A stretch of 63,766 nucleotides of DNA, filler included, from Octopus bimaculoides (GCF_001194135.2; 5 parts of 5 records of this genome joined end to end with filler, not necessarily neighbours in it); one strand, 5' to 3'; shown: positions 1-13,519, counted from the first letter of the whole stretch. Notes: generated from the sequence alone by a model not told the origin. A program made the numbers and translations.

Positions 1-679
1 ATATATATATATATATATACAAATTCTACGAACTCCTACACGTAAGTACACGAACATATATGCATGCACACATTTGATCCTTAATATTTTAGTGTTTATG
101 TTATAACATTTGTATATAGTTCATCAAATGTCCCTGCATATATGCACAAATACAAAATATACAGGCAAGAAGTATATTACAACTACTACTAACTACTACC
201 ATATAATTGCAGTCTTAACCTTCAGACCTCACACCTTGGTCAATAAACACAGTTAAAAACTAATAGCGCACACACACTGTCAAAAAGCTAAATGTTTCTC
301 TTATTCAGTAGTATTTTAAGCGTCAGTTTCTATAAGATTCTCTTCTGTGATGTCAGACTAAGCACGAACATGGTTTATACAAATAGCCTATAATATCTCA
401 TTTTCAATCAACAGAAGCTTGCAAACAAAAACTCCGAATAACGACTCGCACATAGTAAACTTTCAATACATTTTGTTCCATTTAAAAATACCGAATACTT
501 TAATTCGTGTCAATGTATTTCTGCACCAGTTGAATTATTTCTACCATTTTCTCTTTCTACTTCGCTCTGAATCTCATTCTCTCAGTGTGCGTGTATATAT
601 ATATATATATGCACATATATATTATACACATGCACATATATATTATATATATATATGCATATATATTGATACGGACCGC

Positions 680-1425
680 CAATAAGCAAAAATAATGTTA
701 TGTCCCTATTCCCCGAGCTAGGTTTGAAACCGTATTCTGGTTGTTGCGGACAATGGTATTTCTTTTGTCTTGTCAACAAGCACAGTTATTTTTAGCGTAG
801 GAGTGATCGCTGACCCTTTCCGGTCACCGAAAGTTTAGAAAAACAAGTTAGGAACTGTACTAAACTGACCCAGCTTTGGAGGGGGGAATGTAGCACTGTG
901 AACTACGGTATTTGTCATAAATACGGTAGGATAGTTGGCGTCAGCAGTTGGTGGAAGCGGTCAGCGAGTGAAGATGGATCGCAGTTGATGTAAAGGCCAG
1001 CAGCCAGTGAAGAACAAGTGTGTGACGGCCAGCAGTGAGTGAAGAGAACCAAGATGAACAGAGAGTCTGACAGAAAGAGGCTAAGAGAGAGAGGCTATGG
1101 TCAGAAGGTAACAGTCAACAGAAATGGATAGAGTCTGAGAGAGAGAGGGACAGAGAGATGGAACTGTTGTGGCAGGCAAAAGGATTGTAGTGGATTACGT
1201 TGGTCACTTCTTGTGGATTGTAGTGGGAGATGTGAATTGGTTACGGTAAAGGTTTGTCTATATATTTTTAAAGAAAAACGTACTTTGTCGTTACATGTTT
1301 TAAAAGAAAAAGAACTTCGTTAACTCTTGTTAATTGTGATATTAACTGGTTGAAAAGAAAAGAAAAGAAAGATCTTTGCTAACTCTGGTTAAATGGTTGA
1401 AAAGAAAAGAGAGAACTTTGTTACA
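680..1425 (+). mobile_element. Gypsy-type LTR retrotransposon 3' remnant: internal end, polypurine tract (878-888) and LTR starting TGTAGC at 889
   Basis: GGAGGGGGGAA directly precedes TGTAGCAC. An RRSDR-like stretch (Gypsy integrase C-terminal RRSxR motif) lies upstream near 795-810. Candidate LTR ends GTTACA occur at about 1290-1295 and 1420-1425, so the right boundary is uncertain. Confidence 0.5.
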
Positions 1426-1473
1426 TGTTCAAAGAAAAGAAAAACAACGATGTAAAAGAACTTTTGGGGCACT

Positions 1474-1575
1474 GTCATGGTATTAGCTGTCAGAAGTGAA
1501 AGTAGAAAAATCTGACAAGGAACGTCACTGCTGGTTTGAGTTGATTCTTTGGCTACTGACAGCTAATACCATGAC
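1474..1575. repeat. Perfect 20-bp inverted repeat with a 62-nt spacer
   Basis: GTCATGGTATTAGCTGTCAG (1474-1493) and CTGACAGCTAATACCATGAC (1556-1575). Confidence 0.9.
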
Positions 1576-1600
1576 TGGCCGGAGCGAGCTATCTGTCTGA

Positions 1601-1632
<32 letters not shown>

Positions 1633-2893
1633 ATCTATCTATCACTCGAAAGTTATTGGAACAAATTTGACACCTATATTCATGCGTTTGAAAACACACA
1701 GAGTATAAGGGTACTACTAAAGCAGAGTGGTCCCGAACGCGCAGTCGCGCGTCCGAGCTAGCTAGTCGTGAGTGGTCGATCCTATTATTTTTAAACTTCA
1801 AACTTCATTTGTTTTCTATTTTGATAAATTCTCTCCGTTGAAAATTATATTTTTATATTTTAAATAATTTACAATTTCAGAAAATATATTTTTATATTAA
1901 ATTTGCGTTTTCTAATTTGATAAATTCTACGGTCACAAACAGAGGTGAACGAGTGATAGATNNNNNNNNNNNNNNNNNNNNNNNNNNNNNNNNNNNNNNN
2001 NNNNNNNNNNNNNNNNNNNNNNNNNNNNNNNNNNNNNNNNNNNNNNNNNNNNNNNNNNNNNNNNNNNNNNNNNNNNNNNNNNNNNNNNNNNNNNNNNNNN
2101 NNNNNNNNNNNNNNNNNNNNNNNNNNNNNNNNNNNNNNNNNNNNNNNNNNNNNNNNNNNNNNNNNNNNNNNNNNNNNNNNNNNNNNNNNNNNNNNNNNNN
2201 NNNNNNNNNNNNNNNNNNNNNNNNNNNNNNNNNNNNNNNNNNNNNNNNNNNNNNNNNNNNNNNNNNNNNNNNNNNNNNNNNNNNNNNNNNNNNNNNNNNN
2301 NNNNNNNNNNNNNNNNNNNNNNNNNNNNNNNNNNNNNNNNNNNNNNNNNNNNNNNNNNNNNNNNNNNNNNNNNNNNNNNNNNNNNNNNNNNNNNNNNNNN
2401 NNNNNNNNNNNNNNNNNNNNNNNNNNNNNNNNNNNNNNNNNNNNNNNNNNNNNNNNNNNNNNNNNNNNNNNNNNNNNNNNNNNNNNNNNNNNNNNNNNNN
2501 NNNNNNNNNNNNNNNNNNNNNNNNNNNNNNNNNNNNNNNNNNNNNNNNNNNNNNNNNNNNNNNNNNNNNNNNNNNNNNNNNNNNNNNNNNNNNNNNNNNN
2601 NNNNNNNNNNNNNNNNNNNNNNNNNNNNNNNNNNNNNNNNNNNNNNNNNNNNNNNNNNNNNNNNNNNNNNNNNNNNNNNNNNNNNNNNNNNNNNNNNNNN
2701 NNNNNNNNNNNNNNNNNNNNNNNNNNNNNNNNNNNNNNNNNNNNNNNNNNNNNNNNNNNNNNNNNNNNNNNNNNNNNNNNNNNNNNNNTGTGTGTGTGTG
2801 TGTGTGTGTATTTAGATTCAGATGGTACTTAAGTTGAGGTACGAGAATTTAGTACGGTATAATCCATACAATTTCAAAATAAGGTAAATAAAA

Positions 2894-3954
2894 TCAAAAT
2901 AAGCAACAAGGATATCCAGAGGTAATGCAGTACGATCGTTTCACGCAACTCCGTTTAATTGAACAATGCAATCATTACATCAATTTAAATGGATAGCAAT
3001 CCTCAGCTGTATAAATACATAGAATTTAAATTAAAACAGATGGACAGATTATTTTTCAAATGATCATCTACCTCAAGTAAAATATCTAATCTACTCTTAC
3101 GTGAACGGATTCAAGAAGGTAAGGAGATAGACATAGAACATGCTGCCTTCACTTCAGCTTAGAAGCTACTAAGGTATCAGGAAGAAAGACTTGTTACAGA
3201 TTTTATGGGGTCAGTTCTAATTTATAGACAAGTTTTATCAAATCTTTGTATATCTAAGGCCGAGAGAACAAGGAATAGTGTCTGGTAGGAATGGGGCTGA
3301 GGGAGTCGACAGAAATCATAGTGGGTATAGTCATAAAAACTATCAAGATTTATTTGAAGCAATATCATGAGATTTGGTAAACGAAACCTTAAATCAATAT
3401 GTTAGCTGAAAATTAAGGAGGCCTGCCACTAGCAGGCCATTGATAATGAAAACAGGGGAAATCTTATCATGTAGTACTATAGTTAAAATATTTTAAAACA
3501 ATATTGCCATATTATACAAAGTGAAAATCTAGGGTTATTCTGAAGATTATTAAGAAGAATATTATAACAAAAGGATAAAAAGTTTTTTTGAATACTTTTG
3601 AGTATATACCAAACTTTTAATACGATAGAGGGAAGAAAAGAAATTATCTGGAAATAGTTTTATATTTATACACAATATATATTTAAGTACTAACTTATCA
3701 GTTGGTATATGTGAATATAGATCAATTGGTATATACTGGCATATGCTCTTTGTCTATCTCCTTTCTTTCTTGGACAATTTAAATAAGATTATACTAATGT
3801 GTCCATCTGTTTTACTTTAATTAAATTCTATGTATTTACGCAAGTGAGGGTTGCTCTGCATTTAAATTGATGTAATGATTGCATTGTTCAATTACATGGT
3901 ATCGCTTGAAACGATCGTACTCCATTACCTCTGGATATCCTTGTTGCTTATTTT

Positions 3955-3956
<2 letters not shown>
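2894..3956 (+). mobile_element. Element with ~160-bp imperfect inverted terminal repeats, probably an internally deleted Penelope-like element (inverted pLTRs)
   Basis: 2894-3050 is the reverse complement of 3795-3956 with scattered mismatches. The repeat carries hammerhead-like motifs. The interior has a largely open plus-strand frame (SSTSSKISNLLLRERIQEGK...) with stops. A (TA)n run follows. Confidence 0.55.
2926..3011 (-). ncRNA. Candidate minimal type I hammerhead ribozyme with a long stem II
   Basis: Minus strand: TACAG-CTGAGGA-(57-nt imperfect hairpin)-GAA-ACGATCGT-A-CTGCA. Stem III is palindromic and the cleavage triplet is GUA. The base of stem II pairs poorly. Confidence 0.45.

Positions 3957-3957
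<1 letters not shown>

Positions 3958-4021
<64 letters not shown>
3958..4021. repeat. (TA)n microsatellite
   Basis: Pure TA run. Confidence 0.95.
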
Positions 4022-4022
<1 letters not shown>

Positions 4023-6938
4023 CTTAGATTATATAGCTTACTAGTGTAATATTATTTTGATTCTGGGGTATAAAAGTTATTTTCCTTAATTATAACTATT
4101 TTAGATAATGTGATGCAGAAGAAAAAAAAACTGAAATGATTTGGGTAATGTAATAAGAAATCAACCCCAAACAATTTTAGAGCTGGCATTTTGCAACTTC
4201 ATAAAAATCAGAGAGCTTAGCAATTACTGGAAAGGTAAGCATTCGTAACAGCGGAGAAGTGTCCCGCAATGAAAAGAAATTAAAATGACGCTTCGCGCAC
4301 ACGCACAAGCATAGATACACACAGACATTTACACACATATCCACATATAAACACATATATGCATATATGTGTGCGTCTCTTTTGTAACTATGCAAGCATT
4401 TGTACACACACACGTAGAAACAGACAGAAAGAAGCACACACTGAAAATCATCTTTTTAAGCAGAATATTTGTATTTTTTCAGACGAACTTTATCTTAGTT
4501 GTATCAAAATAGTTTAATCGTCATTGTAAGAAATTATAATCTGAAAACGAAATTGTAATGATAGATATGTTTTATTATTCAGCCATATAAAAAGAGAAAT
4601 AATCTTCGTGCTACGTTGAGTCCCTTGAAACGAAAGGCATGTTCCAGCGATGCCGTTTCAATCTTTCAGTAACATTCATTTATTAAGCTGACCACTGTTA
4701 GGAAAGTACAGAGCACATGTGCGTTATAACCCAAACCTTAATCTGGTGTTTGAAAGCAAATTTATACGAGTCTGATTTTTGAGGGCATGATGAAAATTAA
4801 CCGGTGGCTTCATTAAACTATATAATAATGTTTATTATGAAAAGCAATTTACAAAACAACCCTGATAAAATGTGATAGGAAGTAAAACAAAAAAATATGA
4901 AGCCTTATTGTCAGCTGGTGATGAAGATGTTTCCTATTATTTTTACCTTTCAAAGCTGATGTATTTATCGATATAACACTGATATTTGCTTCCAGAATTT
5001 TGTCTGTATCTGTGCGAAAATTTGAAAAATCGATAAGACTTCGCAACATAAATATTTTTGACAGTCAATTACCCTGTTATTTTGCCTCTACCATATGATA
5101 ATGCCAATTGACCAGAGGGGATTACGTGTTTTTCTACGACTAGATGTTAACACTGATTTTCGCTGTTTGTTTCTCTTTTCCCGATCAATAGATAACGTTC
5201 TTACAATCAAGAAAGAAAATAAGTTTTTAAAGTAATAAACAAAATAATAAAGAAAAATAGACTAATAATATTCGTCAATACATTTCTAACGTTTAGGGAA
5301 TGGAACTCGTAAAGAAAAAAGAGAACAGCAAAGATTATTTACTTGTAGATGTTTAGTACTTCAATATTTTACTATCAAATTGACCTTCATATATTATTCC
5401 GTGACTTATAAAACAAAACCAGTATTTAGATTACTTTCACCGGTTATACTGGCTCGCCTATTATATATTGAATGTGGAAAAATGTAAAAATTTGTCTTCA
5501 GAATGATTTCAGCTTAGAGTGCAAAGGACCACATGGAATAGTGCAAAATATTCAATCTGCCTCTATAATGACTGTCGATTAATCGCCTAGTTTATTTCAT
5601 TTTCATTTATATTTATTTATTTTATTATGTCTCTTTGTTAGTGAACAGTAGCATTGTTTGTTACATCCTTTCAACCGACTGCTCACGAGGTCAGAGGATT
5701 TCTGTAATGGTGAGAGTGAGAAAGCAATGCATGATACAATAGTTGCTAGAGAAGAAAATTCACTGACTTAGTTCGTAACGCGGTTTTATGGTTCGTTCAA
5801 TATCCATGACTCTGCCATTGTGTCATGACATCTGTAAAGTTACATATGTACATACATACGTCCATACATGTTGATTGATTCATCTTCATAGACGAATATT
5901 GTATCTTTGGCTTTCTCGTTGTTAAACGGATGTTTTACTTCCCGTCCATGACCTCTCAGTCGGCTGTTCAGCTCCGCTGCTGATCTGCATGGTTTAAAGC
6001 ATATACAACGGACGAAATTTCTAACCTACTGAGCGCTTTCAACTGGTAGGGTTTGCACATGTCGTCATCCGTCCATTGCCATGGAATGGCAAATGAGGTT
6101 ACAATAAAGAGGTTCTGACGTGATTGGATTAAATTGATAAACTCTTGTACAATACTAGTGCCACTCTTTGAGTCTTCGTGATTAATACCAAGTGACAGGC
6201 CGAGGCAAGATTACCAGTAATAACGTGAAGCTGCTGGTTTAACATTAGTGAATCCTTCTTGAGATATGCTGTGACAACAGCTAGGGAATCCTCATACCAA
6301 TTGGTTTTACTGCGCTCATTATCTAGAAAACTATGGAAGTGAAAGTATTTTTCAATTTTGCAAATGCTTGTGACATGCTGACAGCTACAACGAAGGAAAC
6401 ACTGCTTGAGTTCGAATGCTGCATAAAAAAATTGTGAGATGCAAAAGTACTACACAATAAAACATATTACACGTATTCTTGTACAATACGAGAGCCACTT
6501 TCTAAATGCTTGAAACTGTTCAGCTAGCAACAAGCTAAAACCATATAGGTTAGAAAAAACAAACACTGCATGTTTTGAATGAGAGTATCCTTCTTTCATC
6601 TGTATTGATATATACAAGTAAACACAGCGATACGCAAATTCGCTTTGCACATTACTGACTCCAGAATTTACCCGCTGTCTTATAGACTTTGTTTACAGCA
6701 ATCATCCCCTCCTCCAGGTGGTAATGCAATTTTGTCTGCGACGGCTAGACCAACTAGATGCTCTACTGGCTTATATGGTTATCGCTAACAGCTCTCTGGT
6801 AATGACACATAGAAGTAGACCAGAAGTCAAATAAATGACACATAGGTCTATAAACATCAGTGTAATCAGTATATCAACTCAATCTTATAGTTAGTATTAC
6901 AGATGAATGTTATCAGGTATTATTAATTCCAATGGCAA

Positions 6939-7075
6939 TGCGGCGAGGTAACAGAATCGGTAGATCGTCGGAAATTGCACCGTCAATTTTGCTTTTCATC
7001 TATCTAAAGTGGATGAAATACAATATCAGTCATATACTGGTGTTGATGAAAATGACTAGCACCCTCCACACAGAA
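6939..7075 (+). mobile_element. Highly diverged tRNA-derived SINE (family A)
   Basis: GCGGCGAGGTAACAGAATCGGTAG head and TTTGCTTTTCATC core resemble the better-preserved copy at 47785. Confidence 0.45.
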
Positions 7076-7834
7076 TTGCTAAGATTTTTTCTAAAATTCG
7101 AAGCCATTATTATTCGCAATAACTCATAGCGAACAACAACGTTGTCCACAATCAAAAGAAATGAAGTTTATTACCCCGAACAACTTCTGAATGTTACTTA
7201 CCGATCCTGTATTTTTCTGAACGTTAGTAGTTTTCAAGGAAATTGTTTGCTTTCATATTCTTATTCAAATTATAGTGAGGTTCATAATATTTAAATTAAT
7301 TTGAATTCTTCTGACTTAAGCTATGTTATAAATAGACAGTTTATTTAAAATATGATTAACAGAACGTCTTGAATACTGAAGGCAAGTTGATGCATGTGCA
7401 ACAGTTCTTGCCCTCTCCAGGAGTGTAGATATTATGACTACAGCCATAAACTGAACCAACCACATTTCTATTGTTGGATGGCTTCCTCTACAGTTATTTA
7501 GGAATATTTCTGGTAAGTATGAGAATTTCATTTAGTGTTCATGAGAAATAATTATGTTCTTTATGCTCTGAGCGTATCAATGAGCTTCAGCAAGATATTT
7601 TGTATGTAATTTCTAAACTTTGATTAATTTTGAGTACCGGTATATATATNNNNNNNNNNNNNNNNNNNNNNNNNNNNNNNNNNNNNNNNNNNNNNNNNNN
7701 NNNNNNNNNNNNNNNNNNNNNNNNNNNNNNNNNNNNNNNNNNNNNNNNNNNNNNNNNNNNNNNNNNNNNNNNNNNNNNNNNNNNNNNNNNNNNNNNNNNN
7801 NNNNNNNNNNNNNNNNNNNNNNNNNNNNNNNNNN

Positions 7835-8920
7835 ATTTTCAAATTTTAATAGGCTCTACAGACATTTTATTGTTTTGTCAGCTCCTATTTTAAACTGATG
7901 TCTGTTCTGGTCCAGGCACTGCTTACAACACGAAGCAATGGAATCGCAAACATCACGAAACAATTCGTTTGGTATTTGTGTGCATTCTTGTTCAATGGCT
8001 ACTCTCAAATCAGCGACTGTTGCACGTTTCATATTGTAGACTTTGTCTTTTAGGTATCACCATAAAAAATTCTAGTGGTGTGAGGTCTGGTGAACGCAGA
8101 GGGTTTTCAACGAAATCCCTTCGTCCAATCCACCTGTTTGACAAGATCTCATCAAGGAAGCATCTAACATTGCGATGGTAGTGTTGGGTTGTCCCAACTT
8201 GCTAAAAATAAAACTCCTCATCTTCAAAGTCTTCTCTAATGACAGACTGTTGCAGCAACTTCAAGTAAACGGGATCATTCCTAGTAGCGTCAAAAAAGAA
8301 TGGTCCAATTAATCCTCTTGATGATAAGCCACACCACACTGTAACTCCTGGTAAATTACCATGGAGTTCCACCATAACATGCGGATTATCAGGTCCCCAG
8401 TGGGTGCAATTGTGACAGTTAAATGAACCATTTCATTTGAATGTGGCCTCATCACTCTACACAGACTTTGTTAGAAAGAGTGCATCTTTTACGCATCGTG
8501 CCAAGTAACACTCGAAATACTGCACTCTTTGGTCTGGTTCATCTTCATTAATAGCATGGACTAATCTTGGAACGTAACTTTTCCATTGACAACGTTTCAA
8601 AATGTATTGGCCAAATGATTTTGCAATACCTACCTTACAACTCGCCTGCCACACAGATTTTCTTGCACTTTGGTGATACGTTTCCAGCATACATTCTTGC
8701 TTCGTGGGGGTTGTCGATGTTTGTGTTCTTCCGGAATGCTTCTCGTGGACATTCTGAACAGTTCCATCGCTTCATCAAGTAGCATTTCAGAATGACTTTC
8801 CTTTGTTCAAAGCTTAGTCTGACTGCCATCATTACTTCAAATGGGTTTAATCTGGAAAGAAAAACATCAACTGAGTTATCAGCTGCTAAAGTGTGTATAC
8901 ATTTTTTGCGGGACACACTA
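7835..8920 (-). mobile_element. Tc1/mariner-superfamily transposon, DD41D (rosa/Visitor-like), pseudogenised; one end lost in the gap
   Basis: Minus-strand translation gives [48 protein letters not shown] (QQDG), RWIGRR...RSPDLTPLEFFLW*YLKDKVY. There are 41 residues between the second and third catalytic positions. The terminus reads TATAGTGTGTCCCGCAAAAAATG. Confidence 0.85.
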
Positions 8921-9174
8921 TATAAATATATATACATGCGTGTGATAGTTACGCGTCTGTAAATATCTTTATTACTGGGAGTGTATGATTATACCCGGGC
9001 AAATACAGGAAAATATATATTGATTATAATGAATATTGAAGTGCAAATATGTGTACGATCTTATTTTTATGTACTTCCTAAATGCTAAATTTTAATGTCG
9101 TAAAATAATGAAAATTTTATTTCGGGACTGTAATTCATTCTTAATATGTATTGGATATTATATATCAACTATGA

Positions 9175-9390
9175 AGGCGTCGAGCTGGCAGACGCGTCAG
9201 TGCGCCTCACAAACCGCTTAGCGGCATTTCTTCTGGCTTTACATTCTGAGCTCAATTTCACCGAAGTCGACTTTTCCTTTCATCTTTTGGGATCGATAGA
9301 ATAATTATCAGGAGCGCACTTAGGTCGATGTAAACCACTAGCTCCCTTACCGCAAATAGCATGCATTTTTGCTTTTATTAGAAAGGATTA
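9175..9390 (+). mobile_element. tRNA-derived SINE, family A
   Basis: GAGCTGGCAGA head, CTGAGCTCAATT B-box-like motif, GTCGACTTTTCCTTTCATC core. Confidence 0.8.
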
Positions 9391-9983
9391 TATATCAGCT
9401 GAGAGCCATGTTTCTAAACAGGAATTTGAACCAAGCACTAGAAAATATTTGTGATATGAAATCTGTTGGTTGAAACACAACGTACAGATTTTTAAAATAT
9501 ATATTCTGTAAATATATAAAAAATCTAAGTTAACTTGAATTGATTTTCATATCTATGTAATGATTATGGAATTCTTTCGGAATCACAACCGTTAAGTAAT
9601 ATCCAATTCATTCATCGATCCAGTCCATCCCTCAAGCAGTTAAGCGGAATAAGGCTAAATAAATTGACGTTACTCTGCTCACCACTTTAAAACTGATTAT
9701 CAGACATATTGGCGACGTCCTATATCAATTGTTTCTAGTTAAAATCAGCCTGCCACTAACTATAATTGACGCAATCAACAATGTTTTAACCCTAAAGTTG
9801 CTGACAGATATCTTATCTGCACTAGCAAGTTGCCTAATGGTATATTTTGTTATTTACTCAAACGCGTAGACAAATACGAGCCATTTGGATTATATTTTCC
9901 GACATTTGGCACTCGAATCTATAACATAGGAGGAGAAAAAGTGATTGCCTATCAATGTACTGAATATAGATTGATGTACGTGC

Positions 9984-10021
<38 letters not shown>

Positions 10022-10031
10022 NNNNNNNNNN

Positions 10032-10068
<37 letters not shown>

Positions 10069-10749
10069 TGATATATTTATTATATATGCTTCTGTATATA
10101 CACAGACACATATATGCATATTTATATTATGTGTGTGTTTCTCTCTCTTTCTCTCTCTCTATCTATATATATATGTATGCTGCTTATATGTACTTGTGTA
10201 CTCTTACACGATAAGTCCGAAGCATTAGGGTGAATGTTAATTTTATTAGCTTCACATATCAAATGTTAACATACACAGCATATCGGAAAGTAGTGGCTTA
10301 TCAGGCGTTTTACTGTTAGTTCCATTTCATTCATGCAGAGAAGATATCTAACTTTCGCAACAGAAATGGGAACAATGGTAATTTCCTTAATAAAGGATTG
10401 CATCCCTTGGTGTCTGAAAATTTCAGGTTAAACGTATAAGGAATTATGTCATGACATCTTTGTATTACTTTATTACATATGCCAAAGGTAAACGTGTACG
10501 AACCTTCACAGGCGACTAACCATAGAAAACAGATATATGTATATACTTAAAAGGCAAATATATATATCTATATATGTATGTATATATNNNNNNNNNNNNN
10601 NNNNNNNNNNNNNNNNNNNNNNNNNNNNNNNTTAATTAATTAANNNNNNNNNNNNNNNNNNNNNNNNNNNNNNNNNNNNNNNNNNNNATATACATGTATA
10701 CACACATATATATACATACTTACATCTACATGTGTATATATATGCATAT

Positions 10750-10990
10750 CAGGGTACAGGACGTTAGAACAATAAACTACAGACAACGGAACGAACACAT
10801 AGGAAAACGGAAAGCCACTTGGAATATCCCTTCATCAGCTGTCTCTATTCTATCTAGACGTTTCGAAGATAAGACAGAACGTACTCTAGAATAGTCTCTT
10901 CCTGAGCAGTGGATCAACCCACTACACAGAGGATTCCAAGGTGGCAAACACAAACCAAGACAGGAAAAATTGGACAGTGAAAACAACATT
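10750..10990 (-). mobile_element. Unclassified interspersed repeat fragment carrying CGAAACGTC and CTGATGAAGG motifs
   Basis: Non-microsatellite island between (TA)-rich arrays, with motifs typical of PLE-associated repeats. Confidence 0.35.
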
Positions 10991-11132
10991 CAAAAGCCGT
11001 ATATATATATATATATTTATGTATATATATATATGTATATATATATATGTATATATATTTGTGTGTATATATATATTTATATATTTATGTATGTTTATAT
11101 ATATATATTTATGCATATATATATATTTATGT

Positions 11133-11174
<42 letters not shown>

Positions 11175-11258
11175 ATCTCTATATCTATTTTTTCTCACTG
11201 TTTCTTTCTTTTCCCTGATTAATCAATCTACCTTTTATTTCCCTATGTGTGTATGCGT

Positions 11259-11322
<64 letters not shown>

Positions 11323-11804
11323 ATTGTGTGTGCGCGCGCGCCTGCGTGTTTGTGTGTAAGTGAGAGCGTATCCTCCCGTTTCTTTTCTTGTATCATTCTA
11401 CCCGTTATGCTCTACCTTCCACTCTACCATCTAGCCGGACTTCGATTTATCAAGATTGATTTGCTCTGGTTTTATTACTTCCTTCATGTAAACAGAAAGT
11501 GATAGAGTGGGATAGAGTGGGCGAGAGTAAACAGTGACACACCTGTAGCTTTGACATGACATTATTTCAATAATACTCAGACACACCCATTACCTATACC
11601 AACACCCACACCTACACCACAAGTCTACTGATAGTATTGTACGCAATACTATCAACAAACGAACCAGTGAGGTATGATCGGTCTGTTAGTTAAAGTAATC
11701 ATATTACTGTCAAATCACGTTCTATCGATGTATAGAAAGGCGTAATAGTTAACGTATGGTAGAATACACTATTCCACCACGAAAATTTAGGCTTGATGAT
11801 GATG

Positions 11805-11806
11805 TT

Positions 11807-11838
<32 letters not shown>

Positions 11839-11890
11839 AGAAGAAGAAGAAGAAGAAGCAGGAGGAAAAGGAGGAGAACAACAACAAGAT
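11805..11890. repeat. Compound (GAT)/(GAA)/(GGA)/(ACA) trinucleotide array
   Basis: Direct reading. Confidence 0.9.
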
Positions 11891-12197
11891 GTATTTGAAC
11901 GGATTGAGTGATCTGAGGTATTAGGTCATTGCAAACACCTTTCGAAGTATTTGCTTAGTAATTACGTACCTAGAAATAAATAATAGTATTTTAAAAGTGT
12001 ATTTCAAATTGTTGAAAATTCAAGAAACTTGGAATAATATGACGCATGTTATCTCCGATTTTTATATATTTTCAATGACACACTTAAATTCCACCAGTTA
12101 TTTACGTTCCCGGGTAGAATTTTTATACAAACGCGCGCACGCTCACACACGCTCATACAACTGCTAAAACGTTTCCATTCTTTACTTAAATATATCT

Positions 12198-12270
<73 letters not shown>

Positions 12271-12301
12271 NNNNNNNNNNNNNNNNNNNNNNNNNNNNNN
12301 N

Positions 12302-12348
<47 letters not shown>

Positions 12349-12569
12349 GTTTGTATGTGTGTTTCTGTGTTCTTATGCCCATTTCATAAATTTGTATAAT
12401 TTAATCTTAACTATTTCACTATGTCACATCACCAAACAAGATCCTCTTTATAAACCAAACTTTGTTCCATTTTGCCTTATCGTCTGAAAATTAGTAACGA
12501 GAAATACCGAAATATGATTGAGGTTTCAGTTCCCAATATTACATGTCTGTTTGTGTGTGTGTGTGTGTG

Positions 12570-12765
12570 TTCCCCATCACCGCGTGACAACCAGTGTTGA
12601 TGTGTTTATGTCCCCAGTAACTTAGCGGTTCGGCAAAAGAGACCAGTAGAATAAGTATCAGGCTTTAAAAAAGAGTATTGTGACTGATTTCTTCAACTAA
12701 AATTCTTCAAGGCGGTGCCCTAGAATGGCCGCAGTCTGACGACCTGAAACAAGTACTGGATAAAA
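12570..12765 (+). mobile_element. SINE 3' module (family B)
   Basis: GTAACTTAGCGGTTCGGCAAAAGAGACC...AGAATAAGTA...GGCCGCAGTC...TGAAACAAGTA. Confidence 0.8.
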
Positions 12766-12779
12766 GATAATGTATGATA

Positions 12780-13310
12780 TACAGAGTGCGTCAACTTCTT
12801 TGAGGGCAACGCTTTCAAGTGCTCTGATCTTTTTCTAACTTTTTTTTTTTACCTTACTCTTCAGATAAATAATGTCAGACATTAGGTTGGTTCAGTAAAT
12901 GAAAAGGCATATTGTAACCATTGCCTTAAAAACGCAGAAATAATGATACAGATATAGCTTGCTTCCTGCAAGTTTCCTGGTCCTTCAAATTCAAAGTTCG
13001 AAAGAGGGTGGAAGTTGCTGACGGGGAATCCAACATCAGCAGCGAAACGCAAAAGCGCATGCACATTGTCCGAATGCCATCAGATTACATAACTTTGTAC
13101 AAACAGTCGAAGAAATATTCGATAACAAAAAAAATTCGGGAAGTCAATCAGAATCATTGCAAAGGACGTTAAGGTTTCAGACAGCACCATCAGAAGAATT
13201 TTGCATAAAGACATTTGGTGCAAGTTGCATATGATGCGGAGGGATCTATTTATGTAGGGTATGACAAGAGAAAATCGCTCGATCGTGCAAAGCGCTTGCT
13301 AAATAAGCAC
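12780..13310 (+). mobile_element. 5' fragment of a Tc1/mariner transposon, probably maT/DD37D type
   Basis: TA-CAGAGTG start. Degenerate translation gives MKRHIVTIALK, FKVRK, KSIRIIAKDVKVSDSTIRRILHKDI, RAKRLLNK (HTH region). The catalytic domain is absent, so the subgroup is an inference. Confidence 0.55.
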
Positions 13311-13519
13311 TAATTCTTAGCATTTTCCGGGGCAATAACGATTCTGCCAGCTCGTCACCTTGGTTGTGTTGAATAATAGTAAAATTTAGAATAATCTGGA
13401 GTTTCGTTTTGCGTAAATCAAATCTCAACATTGATCTAATATTTTACCTGATCTACATGCCAATGTTGACAGGAGTTATCACTAATGTCTAGAACATTAA
13501 TCCTGCGAGCCCCTGTGAG

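Noticed and set aside
1722-1960. hAT-like terminus CAGAGTGGTCCCGAAC
   Set aside because: The partner end and TSD are hidden by the gap.
6130-6800. LINE RT-like words (GF...VFFNFANACD)
   Set aside because: Motif spacing is too short for RT and other motifs are missing.
10632-10643. TTAATTAATTAA islands inside N-runs (also 27470-27481, 48095-48106, 61361-61372)
   Set aside because: An identical 12-mer with stops in all six frames, centred in ~100-nt gaps. It is an assembly spacer, not biology.
12735-12755. CTGACGA-CCT-GAAAC (similar at 44803 and 48659)
   Set aside because: The spacer is too short for stem II. Chance products, two of them within retroposon tails.
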